From NCBI GenBank assembly GCA_964247055.1, contig OZ176058.1:3658001-3722000 (forward strand): a DNA stretch of 64,000 nt, given 5' to 3'. The notes under the pieces were generated by a model. That model did no database searches and was not told the DNA's origin. It was given only the letters and a program-made list of their open reading frames with translations. This document shows, one piece after another, positions 40,300 to 52,200 of the stretch; position 1 is the first letter of the stretch; the number at the start of each line of letters is the position of its first letter. The translations under genes and the position numbers were made by a program. The stretch comes from Paragordius varius (taxonomy: Eukaryota; Animalia; Nematomorpha).

Positions 40300-42929
40300 T
40301 ACATGTCTATTTCATTCTCTTTGCAGTTTAAAACAATGATTTATAGTTAAAATAATCAAGAGTTGAAAAAGTATATGGCTGTCTTTTAGAAAAAAAATAT
40401 TCGCCTTTTATATATTTACGTTTTGTCTGTATAAATCCAATTTTTACTTTTTTTATCCAAAATATGGTTTTTAAAGCCTATAACAATTTTTAGAAAAAGT
40501 TTCGGTTTTTACAAATTATGATTATAGTAAAAAAACAATAAAATTAGTATTTTTATTTTTTTCAATATTATGTATAATGCACATTAATTGTTGAATTGGT
40601 AATACGGTCGCGTATGATATAAAACAAATTTTGTCCAAATCTAAATAAAATTTAATGTTATAAGATTGGGAAAAAATATGTTATTTCAATCAGTTTATGT
40701 TTTTACCCATATACTGTATATCGGCTAATATAATAACAAAGGTTACTGTTCAATACGGTACAAAAAATTTAATTTATTTAATTTTTATGGGCTTAGAAAT
40801 TGGGAAATTTTATAAATATTATTAGAATATAATAATTATATTTAAAAGCGTTTTTTTAAAAAAAATTTTTTATATTTATGCTACTTTTTAAAATATACTA
40901 TTTACAACTCAAATTCACCCTTGAATAATGTAAATTCAATCTGAAACAATTAAAATTCACCTTCAAAATAAATTTTGTATTTTTACGCTAATATAACTCA
41001 TCATCAATATGAAATATATCTTTGTGGCATAGTATGCTTTTTTCTATATTATTTAAATTTTAAACAAAATTTCATTTTTATTATAATTTTAAGGAAAATA
41101 TTGGTAATCTTTTATGGTTAAAAAATGTATAATAATATTTTGGGGTGTAGTTGAATTATTTAAGGGTGAATTTTATTTACAAATGGTATGTATATATGTT
41201 TTAGCTTAGTATAAAAAAATTTACAGCTAAATCGTAAAATTTTCATTAGAAAATTAAAACACCGTTAAACAATTCAAATTCACCCTAAAAATAAATCGTG
41301 TGTTTTGGGAAATATAACTCATTATAAATATGAAATATATTTTTATGACATTATATTCTCAGCATTATATTATTATTTAAAAGAATTTCATATTTTATAA
41401 ACATTGCAAAATAAAGGTAATTGTTAATCTCAAAAAAACACATAATTTATTTTAGGGTGAATTCAAATTCAATGGGTAATTCGAATTGTTCAAGGGTGAA
41501 TTTGAATTGTTCAAGGGTGAATTTAAATTGTTCAAGGGTGGATTTAAATTGTTTAAGGGTGAATTTCAATCGTTAAAGAATGAATTTGAATTGTTCAAGG
41601 GTGAATTTGATTTGTTCAAGGGTGAAATCAAATTGTTTCAGGGTGTATTTTTGTTTAAGGGTGAATTTCAATTGTTTAAGGGTGAATTTCAATTTTAAGG
41701 GTGAATTTCAATTTTAAGGGTGAATTTGATTTGTTCAAGGGTGATAATTGTTTCAGGGTGTATTTCAATTGTTTAAGGGTGAATTCAATTGTTTAAGGGT
41801 GAATTTCAATTGTTTAAGAATGAATTTCAATTGTTTAAGGGTGAATTTGAATTGTTCAAGGGTGAATTTGAATTGTTCGAGAGTGAATTTGAATTGTTCA
41901 AGGGTGAATTAGAATTATTCAAGCGTGAATTTGATTTGTTCAAGGGGGAAATTAAATTGTTTAAGGGTGAATTTCAATTGTTTAAGGGTGAATTTTAATT
42001 GTTTAAGAATGAATTTCAATTGTTTAAGGGTAAATTTGAATTGTTTAATGGTAAATTTGAATTGTTTAAGGGTAAATGAAATATAAAAAATATGGAAATT
42101 TATTTAAAACGTCATAAAATAAATCTAATTTGCGAACGGTTTCGGACATTTTAACGTGTGTCTGTCCTCAGCGTTAAAAAAATTATATAAATGAGTAATA
42201 AAATGGTTCTTTATATACAATTTTTTAAAAACGTTTATTGTTGTTTTTTCTTAACAAATGATAAGTTAAAATAATTTGTAAATTTTATTTCTATGACACG
42301 TTTTAAATAAATTTCCATATTTATACTATTCACGTGTCGAAAATGATTTATATTTTTAAATTTGAAATGTTCAAGGGTGAATTTTAATTGTTCAAGAGTT
42401 AATTTCAATTGTTCAAGGGTGAATTTGAATTGTTCGAGAGTGAATTGAATTGTTCGAGAGTGAATTACAATTATTTAAGAGTGAATTTGAATTTTTCAAG
42501 GGTGAATTTGAATTGTTTAAGGGTAAATTTAAATTTTAAATGATATATATATATATATATATACTCATATTGTATTTTTCCTAGGTGCAATTAGCCCTTA
42601 TTCTGGCACACAGTTTAGTAAATCGATATGTCGATTGTCAAGGACACCCCTATCAATATAATTACGTTGCCATCGTATATTGTTCAAGTTTAATTGGCTT
42701 ATTTGCCAATTTTTATTATCGGGCTTATTATTCCCACGAAGGAGCAAAAGCAAAAACTAGTAAACAGCTACAGCACGTAAAAAAGTTTGAGGCTATTAAT
42801 AATAATACCTCAAAAGCCGATAATATCAATAGCAAAAATTTTACCAATCATATTAAGGATGAAGAAATTACACATGTATCAGAAGAAAACTCAACCAATT
42901 CCAACCTTCTCAAACACCGGAGAAAATAA
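24525..42929 (+). CDS. ELOVL: Elongation of very long chain fatty acids protein (GNS1/SUR4/ELO family), 7 exons: 24525-24585, 29801-30000, 32621-32701, 34079-34135, 36228-36342, 39710-39837, 42585-42929; 328 aa
   Basis: All introns GT-AG with matching phases (987 nt). Family motifs read directly: [44 protein letters not shown]|[18 protein letters not shown] (histidine box), [28 protein letters not shown]|VQ, LFANFY. Exon 1 ([20 protein letters not shown], phase 1) is the least certain. Confidence 0.93.
28145..28407. mobile_element. hAT-like MITE (family H); related ends at ~100-352, ~10100-10372, ~29510, 48854, ~63845
   Basis: Ends CAGGAATGTCCAAC / GTTGGACACCATTG, flanked by GTATAGAA / GGATAGAA (7/8 match, consistent with an 8-bp TSD). 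The related end GTTGGACCCCTG at 48843-48854 matches the CAGGGG-type hAT terminus. Confidence 0.65.
29909..31545 (+). repeat. Tandem copies of the 3' half of ELOVL exon 2 plus donor site (30151-30240, 30381-30461, 30778-30872, ~31483-31541; short remnants ~30622-30650 and ~31015-31045)
   Basis: Each copy contains GATAGTCGGAAAGCG(C/T)TGATTTTTTACAATTTTGGACTTGTGGCTTGGTCCATTTACATGTTGTATGAG|GT, i.e. [23 protein letters not shown] plus the donor. Confidence 0.92.
32137..32584. repeat. 21-bp minisatellite (TTCAAGGGTGAATTTGAATTG) derived from the family-B right arm, with two embedded B termini
   Basis: Tandem units with CTGTAAATGGTA at ~32416-32427 and ~32572-32583. The block TTTTAATTGTTC(C/T)ATAGCAAATTTAAATTTGGGTG is duplicated at ~32215 and ~32431. 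Confidence 0.9.
33281..33722. mobile_element. Two ~190-bp hairpin MITEs (family G; 33281-33473 and 33523-33722); third copy ~27845-28022
   Basis: Long inverted arms TTGCTAGAAAGTTATTAATTATTGCCAAATAG / CTATTTGGCAATAATTAATAACTTTCTAGCAA, with outer ends resembling CAGTATGA..TCATACTG|TA. Confidence 0.75.
34222..36161. mobile_element. Four family-B MITEs (34222-34509, 34558-34867, 35543-35812, 35851-36161) in ELOVL intron 4
   Basis: Termini TA|TACCATTTACAGTTCAAATTCACCC ... GGGTGAATTTGAATTGTAAATGGTA|TA, with a variable number of 21-bp TTCAAGGGTGAATTTGAATTG subterminal units. Confidence 0.88.
36345..37512. repeat. ~188-bp satellite, about 6 units, in ELOVL intron 5
   Basis: The TATGTATGCTAAACTTTGAAAAAGTTTGATTTTT anchor recurs at ~36468, 36657, 36846, 37034, 37216, 37407. 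Confidence 0.92.
37595..39660. repeat. ~210-295-bp satellite, about 9 units, each a miniature family-C element plus a conserved spacer
   Basis: The GACTGT(A/G)AAA anchor recurs at 37721, 37966, 38213, 38446, 38658, 38901, 39145, 39353, 39649. Units contain TACCATTTTTCAACC...AACGCAACA..TGTTGCGTTT...AAAATGGTA|TA. Confidence 0.9.
41470..42540. repeat. Long 21-bp minisatellite array (41470-42078 and ~42365-42540) split by an ~280-bp palindromic insert
   Basis: About 28 units plus about 8 units of TTCAAGGGTGAATTTGAATTG. The insert has arms TATGGAAATTTATTTAAAACGTCATA / TATGACACGTTTTAAATAAATTTCCATA. Confidence 0.92.
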
Positions 42930-43284
42930 TTTGGCACATACGTGTGTTCACCGAAAATTTATTAAACATTGATCTTGAAAAATACATAAATCGTTGAAAT
43001 GAGGTGTGGTCTATTTAGTTTAACCTTAATCTATTTATCATTCATGGGATGAAATTGGAATATTATATATATGTATATATAGTGCGTGATAAAATATTTC
43101 AACAGCTCTTTTTCTGCCCTAAACTTAGTTAACGAAATTAATCCAGGAAACAATATATATATGGAAATGGTTTATTTTTTAATCAAAACATAAAACCTAA
43201 TTTGAAATGAAAAATATAATGCAATATTGTGATTGGAACAAAAAAATGCCTTATACATAATATATATATATTTATATGTATATA

Positions 43285-46200
43285 CAGTAAAAATGATTTT
43301 ATACGGACAAAACGTAAAAATATGAAGACAATTTTTTTCCATAAGACAATACCATACTTTTTCATACCATAATTTATCCTATTAAAATCAGTTAATAACA
43401 ATGGATAAATTAATTGATTGTTACATGCACATCTCTATTATACTTTGGAGTTTAAAAGAATGAGTTATAATTGAATTTTTTTTAAAAAGTATGGTTGTCT
43501 TGTAGAAAAATATTTGTCCTTATATTTTTACGTTTTGTCCGTATAATTTCAATTTTACTGTTTATATATACATGCGTATGTGTATCTTTTTTACATTTTT
43601 TATACAAAAAACCTAACTGTATAATATTTATTGATATTATTCCATTTTTATTACTGCCCATTCTATTAGTAAATTTATCATTTTTTACATTTGAACAAAA
43701 AAAGTTTTTTATTTTTTCATAAAATCCCTCTCTTCTTAAACGCATTTTCTGTGGCTCTTAAAACTGCCAACATAAATTATTTCAAATATATTAAATTTAT
43801 TTTTTTTTCATTCCACATGTTTTCTTTTGTTAAAATTGCAACAATTTATTCTTGAATCTATCATTTGTGCTTTTATAAAACCCATGAAAGTTTGTTCTGC
43901 CTCAAATTTTTTATAAAGCCCCAAGAAGTTACATATAACATAATTTATTTAGTTAATGCTGATATAGTAAATGCACTATTTAAAAAATATATATAATTAT
44001 ATATATATTCATTTATGCGAAATAAAATATTTTATAAATGATTTTTTTTCATATCCATTTTTCATTAGTCTGTATTAATTTTATGGAGCAATCGCGCTGG
44101 TTTTGCATTTTTAAAGAATAACATATTACAGTAAAAATTTAAATTATACGGACAAAACGTAAAAAATTTTTTCTAAAAGACAACCATACTTTATAAATCT
44201 TGATCTTTTTATTACAATTAATTATTATAATATTGCAAAGTGTAAAATAGAGATATATTTTACCAACACAATCAATTTTATATTTAACAATTATAATTAA
44301 ATAGCTTATAGAGGAAAATTAAGGTTTGAAAAAGTATGGTTGTCTTTTGAAAAAAATATTTGTCTTTATATTTTTACATTTTTTCCGTATAATTTCAATT
44401 TTTACTGTAAATTCGTCCTCAGGACGGTGAAAATAACTTGTACCTTAATGTGAAATTCGAAATTAGGCTGACAGAATGTAAAAAGATAAAAATTATCTTA
44501 TTTTCTAAAAACCAATATTTTAAAACCTGGTTTTATATATTAATTTTACGTTTTGAATTACACAGATAAAGGAATAAAATTGTAAATTTTAATACTTAAT
44601 ATAATTTAAAATTGTAAAAAAATACAGGATAAATTAAAATTTACGGCAAAACGCAAAAATATAAAGACAAATATTTTCTAAAAACAACCATACTTTTTTA
44701 AACCTTAATTTTCTCATAAGCTATTTTGATAACAATTGTAAAATAAAAAATTGATTGTGTTAGTATATTTCAGACTTTGCCATTCAAAACAGGGAGTTAT
44801 ATTGAAATAAACAAGATTTAATAAGTATGGTTGTCTTCAGAAAAAATATTTGTCTTTATATTACGTTTTTTCCGTATAATTTCAATTTTTACTGTAATTT
44901 ATTTAACAAAAATGATTTTAGATGATTGAAAAATACTTGTCTTTAAGGTTTAATATTTTGACTGTATAATTTTTATTTTTACCTCCTATTGATTTAAATA
45001 TCATTAAATTTATAACAATGCTTAGTTTCTCATATATATAAATAATATATGATGAGTTGCTACCCAAACACTCTTCTTAATTATATGTCGAATTCTTGGC
45101 CGTAATATGGCGTCTATTTAAGATTTTTGCTAAAAATAATGGTTTAATTTTTTGGGTATATTTATTATGTTCGATATTTACATAAATTATAAACAAAAAC
45201 TATAATAGAAAATAGCTTTTCTCTATTATTTAGCGATTTCGAAAAAAAGATATACACACTCTATATTTAAAATTAAAACCCTTATTTTTTGAATCTGATA
45301 AAATATATCTTAATAACCATGGTTTATGCTGGCTGCCCTTTTTATGCATGCAGCATGTGAAGCCATTTAAAGGCATTTTTGATGTTAAAATTTGGCAAAT
45401 ATTAAAAAAAATTGCTCAATCTCGGAATTTTTGCTTTAATTTTTAGAAAATTAGACCATTTTGGAGGGGCTAAATTTGGGATTTTTGCATATGAGCAAAC
45501 TGTATCCTAAATTGCATATAAAAAGCAAAACAACATATAAGTTACATTTTATTTTAAAAGGTTGGAGCAATTAACATTATAGTGTAATTAACGTTTTTTA
45601 TATTACTCGTAAGGACCAAAAGCACCATACTGATTCTAATAACTTTCCCATTGAAATACAGTAAAAATTGAAATTATACGAACCAAACTTAAAAATATAA
45701 AGACAAATATGTTTTTTTCAAAAGACAACCATATTTTTGAATCTTGATTTATTTAAATACAACTGATGGTTTAAACTGCAAAATATAAAATAGAAATGTA
45801 AATTCGTAGCACAATCAATTGTAGTTTACGATTGTAATTAAATATTTTCTACAAAAATTAAGGTTGTAAAAAGTATGGTTGTCTTTTGAAAAAAAATGTT
45901 TGTCCTAATATTTTTACATTTTGTCCGTATAATATTAGTTTTTACTGTTTATATTTCATAAAGATATTTTTTACCCACCGAATGTTATAAACTCACTAGT
46001 GGTTTCAAAAGTATTTAAATTTATTAGATAAAGGCGCTATTTTGAACCCATCAATTACTTTCATATGAATACTATAAAAACAAATTTAGAATTTAATCAA
46101 AATTTATTTTTAAAAATTTTAGGTATTATCCTGAATTTTTAAAATTATTTGCGTGACGGAAGGTTATGAATTTGCAAAAATTTTAACATACCCATTATTT

Positions 46201-49200
46201 TTCAACACCTCCATAATATTAAAAGTTAATTTTATTGCAGGGGATATTCGCAAAACTATACTTTCTGATTGCAGAATTTTTTAAAGAAAATTTAAACCCT
46301 AGAAATTATACAGGTTAAATTGAAATTTTTCGTACAAAACGTAATTACAAATATTGTTGTCAAAAGACAACCATACTTTTTATATCATGATTATAACTTG
46401 TTGTTTTAAAGTGATATATATTGGTAACTTAATCAATTATATGACCTTAGCTTTTTATTGAAATATTTTACTAGGATTAATTTAGGTTTAATAAACTATG
46501 GTTGGCTTTTTAAAATATTTGTATTTGTATTTTTACGTCTTGTCCGAATTTCAACTTACACTATCTTAAAAGAAAGGCTATTTATTTACAATTGTAAAGA
46601 TGTGTCAGATTTGCATTTATAACTCTAAATCTGTAAATCCAAAGCGATTAATATTTAAAAAAACTTAAAAAATATGATCTTATGAATAAATATTTGTTTT
46701 ATTAAAATTATACGGACAAACGTAAAATATAAAGACAAAAATTTTTATCTAAAAGACAATCATACTTTTTAAAACCTTAATTTTTCTCATTTAAGCTATT
46801 TACTACAATTGTAAAATAAATTGATTGTGTTAGTAATGCATATGTCTATTTAAGACTTTGCCATTCAAAACAATGAGTTATATTGAAATAAATCAAGATT
46901 TAAAAAGTATGGTTGTCTAAAAAAATATTCCTTATATTTTTACGTTTTGTCCCTTTAATTTAAGTTTTTACTGTATTTACATTTTATAAATGAGTTTTCC
47001 TATCAAATGATTTACACTGGTATTTTTGATAAGTGCTGTCACAAAAAACCATACTGCATTTTTTTCATTTTCTTTTAATGAACACACATATTAGCCAACT
47101 TATCATAACTGAGAATCGTAGCATCTACAGTGAAAATTAATACAGACTAATGTAAAATACAAGGATAAATATTTTTTTGCAAAAGACAACCATATGCTTT
47201 ATAAAGTTTTAATTTATTTTAAATTAAATTATCGTTTTATATTATTAAGAAAAAATGGAAATTGGTAACACAGTCAATTGTATATATTTCAGAATTGTAA
47301 TTATTAGTTTAAGTGGGAAAAATCAAGGATGTGTTGAAAAAAATATTTGTATTTTAATTTTTGTATTTTGTCCGAATAATTTCATTTCTTATTAGATTTT
47401 TCCGTTACATCTTTCGGTAACTTGCGCTCTCCAAATAAATATTTTATAGTAAAAATTGGAATTATACAGACAAAATGCAAAAATATAAAGACTAATGTTT
47501 TTCTAAAAACCCCTCTACTTTTTTAAACTCCATTTTTTAAAATATAACTCATTGAAATTGCAAATTATAAAATTGATATGTATATTGGTGACACAATCAA
47601 TTCTATATATAACAATTGTAATTAAATAGCTTATATAAAAAAATTAAGGTATAAAAAATAAGGTTGTCTTTAGTAAAAAAATATTTATCTTAATATTTTA
47701 CATTTTGTCCGTATAATATATGTTTTTAACTGTAATTGGATTATCAAGCATTCATTCGTAAAATCAGACGCCGTTTAGGGCTTTGTAAATAAATTATTTT
47801 GATGGTTATACCTTAGTTTGCGAGACAGTTTGAAATCATAGCATTCTGTTGTGAGATATCTGTGCATGTTGCCTGGAATTAAAGTGCAATGATTTTTTTT
47901 AATCTGATCTAAGTTTAGCTTAATTCTTCCATGTTTCCTAACCCCTTCAACAGGGCCTAACATAATCTCTTTTCTAAATTATCGGCTCTCATCACATGTC
48001 CGAAAAATTAAAGTTTCAAAATATGATTTTTTTATAGTAGGTGTGTTCTAGTATTTTATCATTTGTTATCTTTTGTTCTCATTGTATACCAAGCATTACT
48101 TGTAGATCCATAATTCGATTGCTTTTATTTTGTTGCAATTGGTTTTATGACTCACAACTATAGTTTGCATTACTGGAAAAATTATTTATTTTATTACACG
48201 CTTTTTGATGGAATTGCGAAATTTCTAGTTTTTACAGTAAAACTGAAATTATACGGACAAAACTTAAAAATATAAAGACAAATATTTTTTTTCAATAGAC
48301 AACCATACTTTTTAAACCTTAATTTTTTTATATAAAATATTAAATTACAATCGTAAACTAAATAATTGATTGTGCTACCAATTTACACTATTTTATATTT
48401 TGCAGTTAAAAACAATCTGTTATATTAAAAAAATCAAGATTCAAAAAATATGGTTATCTTTTAGAAAAGAAATATTTGTTTTCATATTTTAACATTTTGT
48501 CCTTATAATTCAATTTTTACTGTAATAATGGATTTGGGTTTGATTGTTGCATTTGTTGCCATTTCAATCCTCCTTGTAATGTTCTTTGGAGAGGTGTCGT
48601 TTATGGAAATTTTTATTCCTACTTTATATTATATAGTTCTGGACAAATAATAGTTCATGTAAGGTATGTTTTAAAGACAAAATTTTAAATAAATCTTGCG
48701 CCTCTCCGAATTTCAACAACGGAATAAAAAGGAAAAGGGTAAATATATTTTAAAACTGTAAATAATGAAATATTTATAAATGCCCATTTTATTTTTTTGA
48801 ATGCGGCCCTAGGTAAAAAATAAGTCTTCGATACAGATTTGTGTTGGACCCCTGATATAGATTGTATATAAATGAAAATTCAAACATAATATACCATATA
48901 CAATTCGAATTTACTCTTGAACAATTTAAATGCACCCTAAAAATAAATTATGTGTTTTCGGGCTAATATAACTTATCATCAAAAATAAATTTCTTATGGC
49001 ATTTATTTTTTTCAGTATATTAATTTTGAACGAAATTTCCTTTATGAAAAATATACAAAAATTTTGGTAATTTTTAATCTTGAAAAACACATAATTTATT
49101 TTAGGGTGAATTTGAATTGTTTGAGGGTGAATTTGAATTGTTCAAGGGTGAATTGAATTGTAAATGGTATATTATATACATAAACAGTATTAGTTTTTTT

Positions 49201-52200
49201 ACTATTTTCGTCACAGTAAAAATAGATAAAACGTAAAAATTAAAGGACAAATATATTTTTCTAAAAGAAAATATAGTTTATAAACCTGATTTTTTTAAAA
49301 TACCCTCCACTTTAAGTCGCAAATTAATAATCGAGGAAATAAATTAATATACTTTTCAGAATTTCGTTAGGTAGCTCTATTAGAAATATTAAGATATAAA
49401 CTGTATTTTTAAAAAAATATTTATCTTATTAAATTTCAATATTCTCTGTGGTTGTTGCACTCTAAAAATAATATTTTCTTTATAATATGTATTTTAAATT
49501 TATTTACTCAAAGTTGTATCAAGAACATAATTTTAATATAATTTCATAAAAACATTTTGAGTAATAAATTAAAGGGAAATCATGATTTTTTATCTGATTT
49601 TTTATAAAATAACCCTAACTATATAGTTTTTGGCTATTAAAAAATTGTAAATAATCTTATCATTATTAAATAATTTTTAATTATCCTTAATTATTACTTT
49701 TTGAATTTCACAATATATTTGACAAACTAGGTCTTCAATAAATTTTTGCAACAATGAATTAGCTGGTCATAAGCTATTAAAAAAAATTTTGGTAAAAAAA
49801 TTGACCCTCTTTTTTGCACACAATTTAATACACTGTGGTAAACGAGGGTTGGTTTTAATTAAATTTTAAACGAAATTATACGGACAAAAAATATAAAGAC
49901 ATATATTTTTTCCTAAAGACAACCATAATTTTAAAATCTTGATTATTAAATGTAACTGATTTTGTTTAACCTCAAAGTATAAAATAGTGAGAAATTGTTA
50001 ACGCTATCAGTAATGTATTTTACGATTGTAATTAAATCATTTTTATAGGATAGATTACGGCTTTAAAAGTATGGATGTCTCTTGAAAAAAAATTTGTCTT
50101 TATATTTTTACGTTTTTTTGTCCGTATAATTTCAATTTTTACTGGTAATTAAACTTGAAATGAAATACATATAACATATGGGCCTTTACCCTTAAAATAT
50201 TTGATAGTGTTAAAACTCACATATAAAATTAATTCTATGAAAAATATCATTCCTGCAAACAAAATTTTTCAATTACATAATATATAATATATATATATTA
50301 TATAATTTATCGATTTTTTACCTTTTAAATTAGTGTTGTGTGTCTAAATTTATATCTATATTTATACGTTTAAATGAGACACACCAACGCAAAAATTAGG
50401 AAAAGGAAACCATTTTTCAGATATTATGATGTATCATTTTTGTGTCAGTCAGACTAAAATGGGGATGATACACTATCGATTTTATCTTTTTTTTAAAATT
50501 ATTTTTATCATAAATTGTTGAATTAATCTGATTTTTGGCTAATTATTTACTTTTAAAATTATTAAAAACTATCCACATTTGTATGTGAAAAACAAAATAT
50601 AGCTTTTTTGCATTTCCAATGCATTTTCACCTATATTTTGCTATGTGTTTTCTTTGGATTTTAGAATTTTATCGGAAAATGCATCTATCTTTTTTTGTTC
50701 CGATATATTAAATGTTTTTGCCAGAATATTAATTAAATATTAATTAAACTAATGTATCAATAATACATAACCCCAACGATGCTTTATTGCAGCCAATTTT
50801 ATATATTAACAAAATTATTTGGAATTGAAAAACTCATCTAAAACTATTGTATCTTACCGATAGAATTCTTTATATGAAATTCGTTCCTTGCACTAAAAAG
50901 GTAAAATATTTTGATTTTTTATAAATATAGTTTTAGAACTGCCGTAAAAATCATAATTTTACTATGACAAAACGTAAAAATATAAAGAAAATGGCAATCA
51001 TACTTTTTCAAACTTTACATTTTTCTCTATAAGCTATTCAATTACGGTGGTATTCTATTAAATTGATTGTTTTAGTAATATATATAACTAGTTCGCCTTT
51101 TGTTTTATTAAATAAAGAGTTATATTTAAAAAAATGAAGGTTTAAAAAGTATGGTTTTCGTTTAGTAAAAAATAAATGTTTTTATAATTTTCCGTTTTGT
51201 CCGTATAATTCCAATTTTTACTGTATTTAGAATTGCGTAGTTTTAAACGAAAATTCCATATAACAATCCATTTTAGCATTCCATTTCAATTTTATTTTAG
51301 CATTTGATATAGATTATTAAACTTGTAGTTATCAAAAATTCCTTTAACAATTTTCAATCATGATCTCAATAAAAATAAATTTTACATAAAAAGCCTAATT
51401 TTTAGTGTATAGTCAACATGATAACTATAAAAACCGGACACAGCTGATGTTTAAAATTAAAAAATAATTAAATTTATTAAACATACCATTTTACATAAAA
51501 TATAAAAAATTTAGCGACAAAATGTTTGAGATGTGGAAATTTCACTTTTGCTTACTAAAAAAGTACCCCCAATGTGTAGAATGCATGCATTTATTTTGCC
51601 TAATATCATATATATTTTTAAAAATGCCTGAATTGGAAATTATTTTAGAATATATACAGTAAAAACTGATATTATAAGGACAAAACGTAAAAACATAAAG
51701 ACAAATATTTTTATATAAAAGACAACCATACTTTCAAAACTTATTTTTTCTTATATAAGCTATTTAGTACCAATTGTAAATTATAGAATTGATTATGTTA
51801 GTAATATTTATATCTCTTTTTGATACTTTGCCATTTAAAACACTGAGTTATATTGAAATAAATCAATATTTAAAAAGTAGGGTTTTAAAAAAAAATGTCT
51901 TTATATTTTCGTGTTTTGTCCGTATGATTTCAGTTTTACTCTAAAATCCCTAACTATTATTAGATTTTAAAAACAAAGTTTTTTATACCAAACTAAAAGG
52001 GCTTTATACCATTCTTTTTAATCTATGTAATTTTAAAAACAGATAGAAATTTTCTTTCCTAACTTCAATATAACAATTAGATCTTTTTTAAATTCTATAG
52101 GCGTATATTTGCAAATATATAAATTTTTTTTGAAATATATTAATATCAGTAGGTTGACCCCTGAGTTGGTAATTACCCATTATTTAATTGAAAAAATTTA

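Noticed and set aside
41486-41998. ORFs with FKGEFEL repeats (also 32133-32558, 32146-32421, 5273-5518, 16306-16527, 31015-31242)
   Set aside because: These are translations of the 21-bp family-B arm repeat, open by chance in several frames and strands and lying in introns.
42900-42929. ER-retrieval di-lysine signal at the ELOVL C-terminus
   Set aside because: The terminus LLKHRRK does not fit KKxx or KxKxx, so it was not annotated.
43183-43745. ORFs 43183-43401, 43482-43745, 43495-43722
   Set aside because: They overlap a family-A MITE and AT-rich low-complexity sequence and have no protein-like features.
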